From Felis catus (Eukaryota), in the NCBI RefSeq assembly GCF_018350175.1, contig NC_058368.1, forward strand, positions 62,684,001-62,748,000: a stretch of 64,000 nucleotides of DNA, in the 5' to 3' direction. How positions within the stretch are numbered: position 1 is the stretch's first letter; the number at the start of each line of letters is the position of its first letter. Below the pieces are notes generated by a model. It was not told the DNA's origin. It searched no databases and saw only the letters and a program-made list of their open reading frames with translations. Position numbers and translations under genes: made by a program. Below, in pieces: positions 1 to 13,788 of the stretch.

Positions 1-1290
1 GGCAGGAAGAATATCTCTTGTCTTGAATAAACTTAAAAGCATAGTGGGAGATAAAATAAAGTTCTTTTATAAATAAGTCCCATTAGTAGTATTCTTTCAA
101 TGTGTGAGATACAATATTAATGAATGTATAAAATATTACTTCTGTAATCAATATTATTTAGAATATCAATATCCATTCACATTTCATATGTAGTGTTTAT
201 ATAGAAATGAGATTAGGGATTTTTTTCTAATTTTCTAAATTTGATTTATATAGGTGATTTGAAAACTTCTCTCTTCAGACAATCAAGTTTTCTTTTCTAC
301 CCATTTACCATTTTGACAGCAAAATTAAGAAATTCAGATGACAACTTGTCTGAGGTAGATTTGTTTACTCAATGCATTTGATGAAACATCTACTATGAAC
401 AGAAGGTCTATTTGCACTAAGATCCAAGAATATCCAAGGCATATTTGTTGTTTTAAAGTAGTTAATTTATTAGGTTTGGTAATGACAAAGAAAATTGATG
501 GCAGAGTTGTGTGGCAAATGTTAATCATTTCTATCAGGTTTTAATGTAATGAGAAAGCCATTAAACACCTATTGTGTGTGGGCTTTCCTTGAGATAAAAA
601 ACTAATAAGGCATGAATCCTTCACCAAGTAATTGTGATCTAGGGAATTGGAAAAAAGACTTGTAACTAAACATAAAAACTGGGCCTCGTACACTTGCTAT
701 TTTTTACTATATTCTTCCCTTTGAAATACTCTGTTCCCTTCTTATCATAACCTCCCCATATACTAATTTTCTTCATAGTTTTCTAGCTTCTCCATTCTGA
801 TAATCATCATGGACTCTTTCACTTTTATTTGCCCCTTATTGGACAGAATACTTCTTCCACCAATCTGCCCTTCCTAGCCTATATAATCTATTACCCCTCC
901 ATGGAAAAGTTAAGACTGCTTAAAATTGCCTTAAATATTTCCATGAAGTTACAAAAACATGAAGTAAAGTAGTTAAGGTTATTTTAACTCTTGGTTTAAG
1001 AATGTCAGCAACAACAAATTATACATTCAGACCAGGACATCAATAAATTAAATCACACACACACAGAAATTAAAAGCTTCACACTCAAACATGCACCTGA
1101 TCTGGCAAAATGGAGGTCATCTAATATTCCTTACCAAAGTGACTTGGCTCTGTACTAGTCTTGCTTTAAATGTGACATCACTGGATGACTACAGTCTATA
1201 TACTCAGTTAAAAACATTCAGGGAAACCTCAGATGTGCATAGTTAACTTCCTACCAAGTAGCTACGAAGTAACTTAAAAATTAATGGAAA

Positions 1291-1508
1291 GGGATACCTG
1301 GGTGGCTCAGTTGGTTAAGCACCTGACTCTTGATTTTGGCTCAGGTCATGATCCCAGGGTCATGGGATCAAGCCCCTCACCAAGCCTTGCATGGAGCTCC
1401 ATGCTGGATGTGGAGCCTGCTTGGATTCTCTCTCTCCTTCTCCCTCTGCCACCCACCTCACTCTTGTTCTCTCTCTCTCTCTAAAAAACAAAATAAATAA
1501 ATAAAAAG
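1291..1508 (+). mobile_element. Can-SINE, older pan-carnivore-type subfamily
   Basis: Head GGGATACCTGGGTGGCTCAGTTGGTTAAGC, body ...GGCTCAGGTCATGATCCCAGGGTCATGGGATCAAGCCC, CT tract, AATAAA/A-rich tail. Confidence 0.93.
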
Positions 1509-2159
1509 AATAGACCATTAAACCTAACTTTTCCAAAAGAGAATTAACCCTCTCCTCCCACTCCGAACTGGAACTCCTCTTGTGTTATCTTCAAACTGCA
1601 AATTCTATCACAGCATGAGACACAGTCATCCAACTTCCCATTTAAGCCTGATGCCTGTGGTCATTCTATACTTCTCATAGTTACTCCAGTTCATTCATGC
1701 ACAGCATCCCATAATCTTTCTTAATACAACCATCAATGTATAATGCTCTAATCACTTCTTCCTAATATCCCTTTGGTAACCACACTGCTCCTAAAATGGC
1801 CTGACTTCACTTCATGTCCCATATTACCAGACTGAAACCCTTATATACAAAGATTACCGTGTTGCTCATCTATTTAAAGCATCTAGATCAAATACATTAT
1901 CTTAGTCACAGAGCCTTTTATTTATAATCTGCTCCTACCTTCTGCACTAGCCCCATATCCTAAGCCTTCCCATTTATAAGACATATCACCCTCCTACCTC
2001 CAAAAAAGGACTTTCACCATTCTTAGTGTTCTTCAAATATTTCCACCAAATATTACGTTGCACTCTTTGGAATACCCATCTCCTTTCCTTAGTAGCTAAC
2101 CCCTTGTATCTCTTAAAGTCAAACTCATTTGGACAGTAAACACAGTTTGTAATTGACCA

Positions 2160-2245
2160 GCTTTGTGTTCTAGACCATATGTTTAATTCTCTGAGATTCA
2201 GTTATCTGTTGTGTAAAGTAAGGATAATTACAATATTCTCAAAGA
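2160..2245 (+). mobile_element. MIR fragment
   Basis: TTTAATTCTCTGAGATTCAGTTATCTGTTGTGTAAAGTAAGGATAAT resembles the MIR core. Confidence 0.55.
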
Positions 2246-2246
2246 G

Positions 2247-2462
2247 CAGAGGACAGGACTTTTTTCCCGTAAAGGAACATACAGTAAAATGTTAGGCTTT
2301 ACAAACCTATAGTCTCTGTCACAACAACACACCTCAGCTATTGTAACATGAAAGAGGTCATAAACAATATGTAGTGAATAGGTCTGGCTGTGTTCCGATA
2401 AATATTTACAAAAACAACTGAGGGCCAGGTTTGGTCTGAGGGCTTTAGTTTGCCAACTTCTC
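2247..2462 (-). mobile_element. MER58A-like hAT-Charlie MITE
   Basis: Colinear with the reverse complement of recalled MER58A (TAGGCTTT..GTCTCTGTCACAAC..GGCTGTGTTCC..TATTTACAAAAACA..TAGTTTGCCAAC); about 215 bp with degenerate TIRs. Confidence 0.85.
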
Positions 2463-5400
2463 CCATTAAGTCATAGCACTTAGTATTATTTTGTGATATT
2501 CTTGCTCATATATGTCAAATACAAATCCATAAGTCAAACATCTTATGTGAGAGTCATGTGGGAAATGATTTCAGAAAAATATGCTGCTATCAATTTTCCA
2601 AAACATAAAGTATTTTCAAATATTATGGTTTAAAGTTATTCTTTCATATTTCAAGATGTAGAATAAATTTGGAACATACTCATACAATAGTGAAATGAAC
2701 AAAAATGAAACATGTCTGCCCTTTTTTAAAGGAAATCTTCTGCCCTATGTCTATCTAAGAATACTTAAACAAGGGTCAAATATTTTAAATGCATTTTTTA
2801 AAGTAATTTGTTTGACAAAATAAAGTAAACCTGGATCGTATTTACATTTTATGTTGATATTTTGAAGTATTTATTTCAATGAGTTTTTAAAAAACTGGCT
2901 TTGTATTATATTTGACCTTTCCCTTACAAGTTGCCTCTATTTTTACATAGAACAAGCTTTAGATTGATTTTTCTTTTATTATGGAAAAAATACATGTAAT
3001 TGACTTGGGACTCATGTAGGAGTTGAGTTTCCATAGTTAAGTTTGAGAGCTCAACCCATATATTGCTTCTAATCTACTTAAAATATATTAAATTTAACCT
3101 ATACTTCACAATTGCATACTCTCTTGGTAATTACTCTCTTTTTTTGCAAATGTAGAGTAATCATTTTATTATTCTGAAAAATCCAAAGGAGTAATGGGCA
3201 TTGAAAATAAATACTTTGTACATTTAGTGAAGGGAAAAAGTAACTGAAATATATGAAGCATCTTTGAGTGTGGAGACTCTATTAGAATTATAAAATACTA
3301 AAATGCGAAGAAGAGGAGAATAAAAACACAGGTACAAACTAGGTGACATTAAGTGCTAAAGAACTTTTTCTTTACTTTTCCTGAATTGATGATCAAGGAC
3401 CACAGCTAAAACCATAGGGCATATGTCCCACAATCAAGTTCAGAGACCCACCATATGTTGAGGGCAACCAGCACCCTATAGGTGCAGAGGAGTGCCATTT
3501 TAACAGAACCTGAAAAACAAAGCATCTCCACCTTACCACTGTGAGAAGAACTCAGCCTTTTTGGAGGGGCAGGTGTGTTTTTGAATAGATAAAGCCAACC
3601 TTTCCACTCATCTTTCCTAAAAATAGAGAAAGAATGTAACAGACTCCTTTCCTTAATCCAGGGAGAAAACCTAAAGAGAATAACTCAAAACTGTCAGATG
3701 GCTATAAAGAAAGAGGCTTGCTTACCTGGCCACGACTATAGAAAACACTGGGGGAAGACAGCTTGGAGGAGTGGGCAGGCAAAGAGGAACAAGGACCAAC
3801 TTCTTGTTGAACTATTATTTGTATTGTGTGGAAAAGAACCTGCTAATACCTCCAGAACCCAGGATGGAAACATTGAAAACTGGGCTTGCCAGAGATGCAG
3901 CGCGAGACAAAGAATTTCATCAGTCAGAAGGAAATCAACGTGAGGTCAGCAGCCTGAGGATCACCAGAAGGTATTTCCAAATTTTCCAAAGGGCCACCAA
4001 TGTCTAGAGAAGCTGCTTGAAACTATATCTTCAACAGTAAACTTGCTTTGGTAAACATGATTCAGACTGCATTGATATTGATATGATTAAAATCCAAGAT
4101 TCAAATAAATAAGTAAATAAAATTATAAAACAAAAAAATGATGCAGAATAGTTGAAAATTAAACTTAGAATTAGAAAACTTGAATAACTCAATACTATGA
4201 ATAATTATTCAAACATATCCACATAAACTTACATCTCAGTATTTTTGTTTCCATACCCCCAAAATGAGTATGTGAATGGTTAAACAGAAAAGTTATACAG
4301 AAATCAGAACCAGTATGAATCATTCAATAAATCATCAAATAAATTTAGCAGGAAAAAATCAGTCAACCATATTGCTTCTCTGAACTAATAAGTTTCAAAG
4401 GTAGAAAGTCAATCTAGAAATCCCTAACAATACACAGTCAATCATTGGGGATTAATGGAATCACTTATGAAAATAAGACAAATACACCTGACAATTGTAT
4501 GTGCAAATGAAATAATGTATTTTTTGTGAAAAGCATGCCAAATTAGTAGGCAAGGAGATCCACATGGACTCAATATGTGAGCTGGGGCAAGGGATTTAAT
4601 ATTCCTGGACTTCATTGATCACAGGCATAGTAAGAGAAAATTTTAAATTCAATTTTTTATCATTTTTTTAACTTTTTAAACACTGAACACCATTATGCAA
4701 TCTAACTACTCAGGAAGCCAAAAGGTAGGTCTTAAGTGAGGCTGTTTAGTGGAGATGCATAGGACAAAATCTGGAGTTACTATTTGTATATTTCCCAATT
4801 GGTTTCCTTAAGGAACACCTTTATGAAATACAAGTACCATCCATCCAAGGTCAAAGAAGAGGTAAATATTTTGATTAGAAGGTTCTGTGCAAAATCATTT
4901 TATTATTTTAATAATAGAATTATGTACAACATTAAATTAGTACTTCTATTTTCATGCTTACAGCTTCATTATGTGCAAATTAAATTTCAACTAATCAAGT
5001 GAACTATTTAATGACTATTATAGACAGCATCAGCATCTTCAGTGTCATGCTAAGATGTATCTAATTCTTCTGGGAAATGAGTTAATAGAAAGTATAGACT
5101 TTCACTGAAACTTCATGAAGTGCAGATATCAGATATTTTTGTACTTAACATTAGAAAAATTATCATTAACTTTTGTGTATGTTCAAGGATGGGTTCGTGT
5201 ACTATGTACCTTTGATCAGTATTCAAAATATTGGTAATTGTCAAATTCCCACTGCCATCCGTGTACTGTTTTGACCAAAGTATAATGAATGCTGTAAAAA
5301 AAAAAAGCCATCTCATTTCTAATTCTGAAGTCTCATAACATGAATTACTTAATTTTCTTTTAGCTGCTTGGCATCACATATCTTTTTGTAAATTTTGCAT

Positions 5401-6199
5401 TTATAGCAATTATTCCAACAAGGTATCCGCATGAAGGCATTTTAAATTTATTTCCCAATTAGAACTACCCTAACTGGCAGAAGAACAAGGGAAATGGCAG
5501 ATTGGAGTTTAACATGATTTCATATTCATCTTGGCTGCCAAGGCTAAACTTGTAATTAAGGGATAATCCCACAGCAAGACCAGACACATAAGCAAGTAAA
5601 CACAGCACAAGCCTATGTTTATGGGGACCTTTATTTAGTTCTTGATTCAGAGAAAGAAAGTTATGAAAATAATTACCATAATAACATACTGCACTTTAAG
5701 TAGCCCCTTTTATGCTGAATCTAAACATATTACCCCATTCATTGTAAGAGGAATCTTTGAAAAAAAAATGAGAACAGTTTCCAAATCATAACTACAGTTT
5801 AAAAAAAAGTAAACTAAAATCAACTTCACAAAAAGCTGGGCTTTTGTGTTTGGGAATCAGACTGGTGTATTTACTAATCTAGTCTCACATAACTTCTTTC
5901 TTAATCTTTCTTAAACTGTTATAAAAAGGTGATGCAATATGAAGATTAAATAAAAACATACTGAGTTTTGGTCATGACTACATATTTCCAATTTAGCCTA
6001 CTAACATAAATAATTAAAGAACAGCAAAATATAAATGAACTAATGTTTTAAGTTATTGAACATGGAGATGTGATTTTTTATGTAACAACAACAACAAAAA
6101 TAAGGCAAACTTCATATTCATTGCAATACTCTAAATGAGAGAAATATCCATAGCATAGGAAAAAAAAAAAAAAAAAAAAAAAGAAAGAAAGAAAGATTG

Positions 6200-8610
6200 A
6201 GCCCAAACAAAAAGCAGTGTTTCTAATGGATGGAAGAAATACAGATCAGAGGGTTGTCTGTGGATGTGGCTGGAATTTAGGCTGGTTTCTGAAGAAAGCT
6301 CTATACACATAAGCAGTTCCAGAAAGCTGGAGAGAGGTTTCCTTGCAATTCTGATTAAATGATAAGCCCTACATGAATGTGATAAGATTCTGTGAGCTGG
6401 GGTCAAAAAACAAGGGAACCTCACTATTTTATCAACAATGATACAGAAATCTCAGTCCTGGAGGATACTGTAGGCCCAAACAGCCACACTGGAGAGAGCT
6501 TGCTGAATATTTAGAAAAGACCTCAGAGAAATTGAGGCTCAAACCACAAACAGAGTAACAGTTACATAAGGTGTGACCTGACAAAGCCAAACCTCAATAA
6601 GATCAAGCTCATCGATCAATAAATAACTACCCAACACAACAAAGTTCAACACTATTTAAAGAAATATATGAGCAAATAGACTCAATAACATTGTATGCAC
6701 AATACCTAACACCTGAAGAATTACCAGGTTTGTAAAAATTATGAAAATGTGAAACATAAGTATGAGAAAAATAAATCAATAGCAATAAACTCAAAGATAA
6801 ACCAGATGTTATAATTGTCAAACAAGAACTTTATAATTAATTATAAATATGCTCAAAACATAAAGGAAATGAACATAATGAGTAAAAAGAGAGATTTCAA
6901 CAGAAAAAAAAACCATCAAATTAAAAATCTAGAAATTAGAAATAGAATATTGGAAAAGAAGTTCATCGTCTTCTTTATTAGAAGTTCAGACATTGAAGAA
7001 CAAAGATCAATGGATATAAGACCAATTAAATTAAATAGAAACTAAACTTAAACATGAATAAAAGAAAAAAAAATGCACAGAGTGTTAGTGACATGTTGGC
7101 CTATACTAAACAGTATAATACATATTTAACTAAAACTCCAAAAGGAGGTAAGATTGAGAATGGAAGAGAATTAATAAGGATAAATAGTGACTACAATTTT
7201 GATTAAAATATCAAGTAACAGAACCAAGATGCTAAAAAAAAAAAGGCAGGAAAAGAGAAAGAGAAAAAAAAAACAATAAAAAAAAAGCAAAAAGTCAACC
7301 ACATCTAGGAATAGCATAAGTAAGTTGATGAAAAGAGAGAGAAAATAAAATCATAAAAATAGCCAGAGGAAAAAGATATATACTGGTCATCTAAAAAGAA
7401 TAACTGCAGACTTCTCATGAATGCAAACTAGAAAAACAACAGAAAAAAAGGATAATTTATTAGTGAGGGAAAATAAAAATGGAAACTGAACTCTGTAACC
7501 TAGAAGTATACAGTGAGTAAAATCATTTTAAAAATGGACAGCAAATATACAAAATTTCCTATAAATAAAAGCTAAAGGGATAAAGGTGAAAGATACTTCT
7601 TCAAATCAAAGGGAAATAATGCTGGATAAAAACAAGTAGATGCATGAAATAATGAAAAAAGCAAAAATGGTAAATATAAAGTAAAATTAATCATTGAATT
7701 ACAAAAGTACATCACTAAAATCCAATTAAAGAAACAAAATAGATTAATGAAGAAACACTCAATTATTTTTATTATAAAGTCAAGAAATGTGTAAAACAAA
7801 ACAAAAAAGCAATTGCAGAAATTTCTAGAAAGCAAAAAAGCTAGATGATCAACAAAACCCAAATATTACAAATATTAAATTAATGTAAATGGTAAAGGGT
7901 CTCAGTTAGAAGTCAGGGATTGTCAGACTAGAAAAGAAAGCAAATCACAAATACATGGTGTAAAGTAGCTGTGCCCTTTCAAGAAATATATGTATTACAT
8001 GTTAATATTATGAAGGGTAAAAAGTATCAGTAGCATAAGAAAGAAAAGGAAAAGAAACAAAAGAAAAGAAGAGGAAGGAGAGAAAGAAAAGAAAGGGAAG
8101 GAGAGAAAAAGGAAGAGAGAGAAGGAAATACTTGTTTTTGTGAATGAAACATGAGATATTACTTTAGAACTTAACAGTTTAAAGATAAGGAGCAACATCT
8201 TTATAGAAATTAATTTGACAATTTAATGAAATACCCAATTCCTTGAAAGAATTACCAAAAATTTTTAAGAACTGTACCAGCCTGCTTCTAAATTACACAG
8301 GGACATTAGAAGTAAATATTATAGATGAATCGTTTTCATAGATATAGATACAAGAAAGTGCTCAGAAAAAAACTGGCAAATTAAATTTAGTAAATCATAT
8401 TCATAATCATAATATCTTGAACAAGTAGTTTTTATCTGGGAAACTAAAGGTTAATTTAATCATTAAAAACAATGTAATTCATTACATTAACTGAGTAAAG
8501 CATAAAAATAATCTAATCATTACAATGGATACAAATGCTTTTGATTAAAAGAGAAATTTAAAAAATTAGCAAATTGGAATAGAAAAAAAATTTCCATTCT
8601 GATAAAGGAA
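6200..8610 (+). mobile_element. Ancient L1 (L1M/L1ME-like), degraded 5'/ORF1/ORF2 part
   Basis: A-rich plus strand with L1 motifs such as ATTAAATTAATGTAAATGG..GATTGTCAGACTAGA (ORF2 start region) and AATGTAATTCATTACATTAAC; no open frame. Confidence 0.7.
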
Positions 8611-8925
8611 ATTCCACTTCAGAGAATATATCCAAAGGAAACAAAAACACTAACTCAAAAAGATATCTTCACCCCATGTTCATAGCAGTATTAATAGCCA
8701 AGGCATGGAAACAACTGGAGTGTCCATTAGTGGATGAATGGATAAAGAAGTTGTGGTATAGATACACAATGAAATATTATCTAGCCATAAAAAATGAGGA
8801 AATCATACCATCTGCAACAGCATGGATGGACTTTGAAGGCATTATGCTAAGTAAAAATAAGTCAGATAGAGAAAGACAAATACTGTAGGATCTCACCTGT
8901 GTAATCAAGCAACAACAACATCAAC

Positions 8926-8970
<45 letters not shown>

Positions 8971-9390
8971 CAAACTCAGAATAAGAGGTCAGACTGATGA
9001 TTACCTCAGGCAAAGGGTAGGAGGAGGGGGAATTAGAGTTAGGGGGTCAGAAGGCACAAAATTCCAGTTATAAGATAAATAAGCACTAGGAACATAATGT
9101 ACTACATGATGACTGTAGCTAGCACTGCTGTACAATATATAGGAAAGTTGTTAAGAGAGTAAATCCTATGAATTCTCATCACGAGGCAAAAAAAAAAAAA
9201 AAAACGAATGTTTTCCTCTTTTTTTTTCTCTTTCTTTTCTTTTTACAGTAACCATACAAGAAAATGAATGTTAGCTAAACCTATTGTGGTAATCATTTCA
9301 CAATATATATAAATAAAATCATCATCAAATTGACACAGTAGTATATGTCAATTATTTCTCAATGAAACTGGATTTATTTTTTAAATAAAA
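8611..9390 (+). mobile_element. L1 3' end (L1MA9/L1_Carn-like) inserted in the older L1
   Basis: ORF 8676-8888 (WKQLECPLVDEWIKKLWY..ATAWMDFEGIMLSK) matches the ORF2p C-terminus; 3'UTR follows; host L1 resumes near 9430. Confidence 0.85.
8927..8968. repeat. (CA)n microsatellite, about 21 units
   Basis: Seen directly. Confidence 0.97.
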
Positions 9391-9424
9391 AGACTTTCAA
9401 CTCCTCCTTCCCCACAGAAGAAAA

Positions 9425-10000
9425 GAATTTATGGAAAAATGAGGCCACCTATCACATTTAATAGTGATAGAATGAACACATTTCCCTTAATGTTAAGCAT
9501 AAAAAAGGCTATCTTTTACCATTAACTATAGTCAATATTTTATGGAGGCCAGAGTAAACGCAGTAAATCAAGAAAATTATATAAAAGCCACAGAGGAAAA
9601 AATAAAACCTTATATTCACAAATGACTTGATTATATACTTGGAAAATTCTAAGGAATCTACTAAGGAAAAGTAAACTATGGTTAGGGAGATTCAGTGTGT
9701 TAAAGACATCATTTCTCCCTAATTCAATCTCTAAATTCAACAAAATTCCAATCAAAATCCCAGTTGTTTTTTTTTTTTAAAGAATTGGTAAGTGATTCAA
9801 AACTTTATGTAGAAAATCGAAAAACCTAGTATAGCTAACACAGTCTTCAAGACAGAACAATTTTGGTGGGTTTACAGTATCAATTTTCAAAATTTAATGT
9901 CAAGGCACAGCATTCAAAAAAGTATATTGGCATAAGGAAGAAAAATAGTTCAACGTTACTAAAAAATTCTAAAAATACAACTCACAAAATCAATTGATTT
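9425..10000 (+). mobile_element. Ancient L1 ORF2 remnant, continuation of 6200-8610
   Basis: Degenerate RT region (ATTCACAAATGACTTGATT) and AAATTCAACAAAATTCCAATCAAAATCCCAG motif. Confidence 0.75.
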
Positions 10001-10004
10001 TTAA

Positions 10005-10879
10005 AAGTCAGGTTCATTGAGGTATAATTTATGCACAGTAAAATTCATCATTTTCAAGTGTACATTTTATATAATTGAATGTGTTCGTGCAAACACTACC
10101 ACAGCCAGGTTATATAATACATCCATCACCCTAGAAAGTCTCTTCATGCCACCTCTTGGTGAATCTCCTCTCCCGGTATTGAGCCCTGACAAGAAATTAT
10201 ATGATTTATACCCCTATGCTTTTATCTTTCCCACAAGTTTCACAAATAGAATAATATAGCATGTAGAACAGGTAAGTGGTTTACTTCACTCAACATATTG
10301 AGATTCATCTTTGTTTTGGTATCAGGGGTTCATTCCTTTATGTTGCTGTTTATTCCATTGTGTGAAAATGCTGCAGTGTGTTTCTCATTCACTAATAGAT
10401 GGACATTTGTATATTTTTCATTTTTTATAAATTGTGAGTAAAGTTGCTATAAATATTCAAGTACGCCCTTTGTGTAAACATATGCCTCATTTCTCTTGAG
10501 TAAGTATCTAAAAGTGAAATTTCTGGATATGGTAAGTGTAGGTCTGCCTCTAAGAAACTGCCCAAGTGGCAGCCCCTAAATAATAATATTGGGCTTCTAT
10601 TCATGTGCTTGCTTGGACCTATATCTCTACTGTTCAAGTGTTTTTCCCATTATTTGGCTGTTTGTCTTATCATTGGATTATAAGAGTTCTATATATGTTC
10701 TGGATACAAGTACTTTATCAGATTTGTGTACTGCAATTATTTTTCTCCCAGTGTATAGACTATCTCTTCATTTTATTGAAACTTTCTATTAAAAATCAGA
10801 GTTTTCAATTTTGATGAAGTTGTTTATCAATTTTTTTAGTGCTTCTCCTTTTTGAATCTTATTAAAAACAACTTTGCCT
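10005..10879 (-). mobile_element. Old L1 3' end, antisense (left part)
   Basis: TTGAGGTATAATTTATGCACAGTAAAATTCA (L1M 3' terminus, reverse complement); minus ORF 10425-10637 resembles the ORF2p C-terminus (LPYPEISLLDTYSREM). Confidence 0.8.
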
Positions 10880-13722
10880 TACAAGCAATTATCAGCGAAT
10901 ACTATGAAAAATTATATGCCAACAAACTGGACAACCTGGAAGAAATGGACAAATTCCTAAACACCCACACACTTCCAAAACTCAAACGAGAAGAAATAGA
11001 AAATTTGAATAGACCCATAACCAGTGAAGATATTGAATCAGTTATCAAAAATCTCCAAACAAATAAGAGTCCAGGACCAGATGGCTTCCCAGGGGAATTC
11101 TACCAGACATTTAAAGCAGAGATCATACCTATCCTTCTCAGGCTGTTCCAAAAAATAGAAAATGAAGGAAAACTTCCAGACTCATTTCTATGAAGGCAGC
11201 ATTACTTTGATTCCCAAACCAGACAGAGACCCAGCAAGAAAAGAGAACTACAGGCCAATATCCCTGATAAATATGGACGCAAAAATTCTCAACAAGATAG
11301 TAGCAAATCGAATTCAACAGCATATAAAAAGAATTATTCACCATGATCAAGCGGGATTCATTCCTGGGCTGCAGGGCTGGTTCAATATTTGCAAATCAAT
11401 CAATGTGATACATCACATTAATAAAAGAAAAGATAAGAACCATACGATCCTGTCAATCGATGCAGAAAAAAACATTTGACAAAATTCAGCATCCTTTCTT
11501 AATAAAAACCCTCGAGAAAGTCGGGAAAGAAGGACCATACTTAAACATCACATAAGCCATTTATGAAAAGCCCACAGCTAATATCATCCTCAATGGGGAA
11601 AAAACTGAGAGCTTTCCCCCTGAAATCAGGAACATGACAGGGATGTCCACTCTCACTGCTGTTGTTTAACATAGTGTTGGAAGTGCTAGCATCAGCAACC
11701 AGACAACAAAAGGAAATCAAAGGCATCCAAATTGGCAAAGATGAAGTCAAGCTTTCACTGTTTGCAGATGACATGATACTATACATGGAAAACCCAATGT
11801 ACTCCATCAAAAGTCTTCTAGAACTGATACATAAATACAAAAAAGCAAAGTGTCAGGGTACAAAATGAATGTACAGAAACCAGTTGCCTTTTTATACACT
11901 AATATTGAAGCAACAGAAAGACAAATAAAGAAACTGATCCCATTCACAACTGCACCAAGAATCATAAAATACCTAGGAACAAACCTAACCAAAGATGTAA
12001 AAGATCTGTATGCTGAAAACTATAGAAAGCATATGAAGGAAATTGAAGAAGATACAAAAAATGGAAAAATATTCCACGCTCATGGATTGGAAGAATAAAT
12101 ATTGTTAAAATGTCAAAACTACCCAAAGCGATCTACACATTCAATGCAATCCCAATCAAAATTGCACCAGCATTCTTCGCAAAGCTAGAACAACCAATCT
12201 TACAATTTGTATGGAACCACAAAGATCCCGAATAGCCAAAGTAATTTTGAAGAAGAAAACCAAAGCGGGAGGCATCACAATCCCAGACTTTACCCTCTAC
12301 TACAAAGCTGTAATCATCAAGACAGCATGATATTGGCACAAAAACAGACACATAGACCAATGGAATAGAATAGAAACCCCAGAATTGGACCTACATAAGT
12401 ATGGCCAACTAATCTTTGACAAAGCAGGAAAGAATATCCAATGGAAAAAAGACAGTCTCTTTAACAAATGGTGCTGGGAGAACTGGACAGCAACATGCAG
12501 AAGAATGAAACTAGACTACTTTCTCACACCATTCACAAAAATAAACTCAAAACGCATGAAGGATCTGATTGTGAGACAGGAAACTATCAAAACCCTAGTG
12601 GAGAAAGCAGGGAAAAACCTCTCTGACCTCAGCCACAGCAATTTCTTGCTCAACACATCTCCAAAGGCAAGGGAATTAAAAGCAAAAATGAACTATTGGG
12701 ACCGCATCAAGATAAAAAGCTTTTGCACTGCAGAGGAAACAATCAACAACAAAACTAAAAACAATCAACAACAAAACTAAAAGGTAACCGACGGAATGGG
12801 AAAAGATATTTGCAAATGACATATCGGATAAAGGGCTAGTATCCAAAGTCTATAAAGAACTCACCAAACCCCACACCCGAAAAACAAATAATCCAGTGAA
12901 GAAATGGGCAGAAAACATGAATAGACACTTCTCTAAAGAAGACATCCGGATGGCCAACAGGCACATGAAAAGATGCTCAATGTCACTCCTCATCAGGGAA
13001 ATACAAATCAAAACCACCCTGAGATACTACTTCATGCTGGTCAGAGTGGCTAACATGAACAAATCAGGAGACTATTGATGCTGGAGAGGATGTGGAGAGA
13101 TGGGAACCCTCTTGCACTGTCGGTTGAAAATGCAAACTAGTGCAGCCCCTCTGAAAACAGTGTGGAGGTTCCTCAAAAAATTAAAAATAGATCTATTCTA
13201 TGACCCAGCAATAGCATTGCTAGGAATCTACCCAAGGGATACAGGAGTGCTGATGCATAGGGGCACTTGTACCCCAATGTTTATAGCAGCACTTTCAACC
13301 ACAGCCAAATTATGGAAAGAGACTAAACGTCCATCAAGTGACAAATGGATAAAGAAGATGTGGTTTATATATACAATGGAATACTACTTGGCAATGAGAT
13401 AGAATGAAGTCTGGCCATTTGTAGCAACGTGGATGGAAGTGGAGAGTGTTGCTAAGTGAAATAAGTCAGGCAGAAAAAGACAGATACCGTATGTTTTCAC
13501 TCATATTTGGATCCTGAGAAACTTAACAGAAGACTGGGGCAGGGGGGTGGGGGAAGGAGGGGAAAAAAAGTTACAGGGAGGGAAGGAGACTCTTAAATAC
13601 TGAGAACAAACTGAGGGTTGATGGGGGGGGAGGGGAAAGTGGGTGATGGGCATTGAGGAGGGCACCTGTTGGGATGAGCTCTGGGTGTTGTATGGAATTC
13701 AATTTGACAATAAATTTATATA

Positions 13723-13769
<47 letters not shown>

Positions 13770-13774
13770 AATAC
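10880..13774 (+). mobile_element. 5'-truncated young feliform L1: ORF2 RT and C-terminal region plus 3'UTR, disrupted
   Basis: Consecutive ORF2p fragments ([49 protein letters not shown]); G-rich 3'UTR ending CAATTTGACAATAAAT; 14-bp TSD AAACAACTTTGCCT at 10866-10879 and 13775-13788. Confidence 0.97.
13728..13766. repeat. (TA)n microsatellite at the L1 tail position
   Basis: Seen directly between the L1 AATAAA and the right TSD. Confidence 0.95.
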
Positions 13775-13788
13775 AAACAACTTTGCCT

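Noticed and set aside
3698..4007. Overlapping 78-81 aa ORFs
   Set aside because: No recognisable homology or splice structure; the region may be a decayed L1 5' segment.
10852..13402. ORFs with reverse transcriptase motifs as a functional gene or novel RT system
   Set aside because: Ordinary LINE-1 ORF2 pieces, split by frameshifts and stops; no endonuclease, ORF1 or promoter in this copy.
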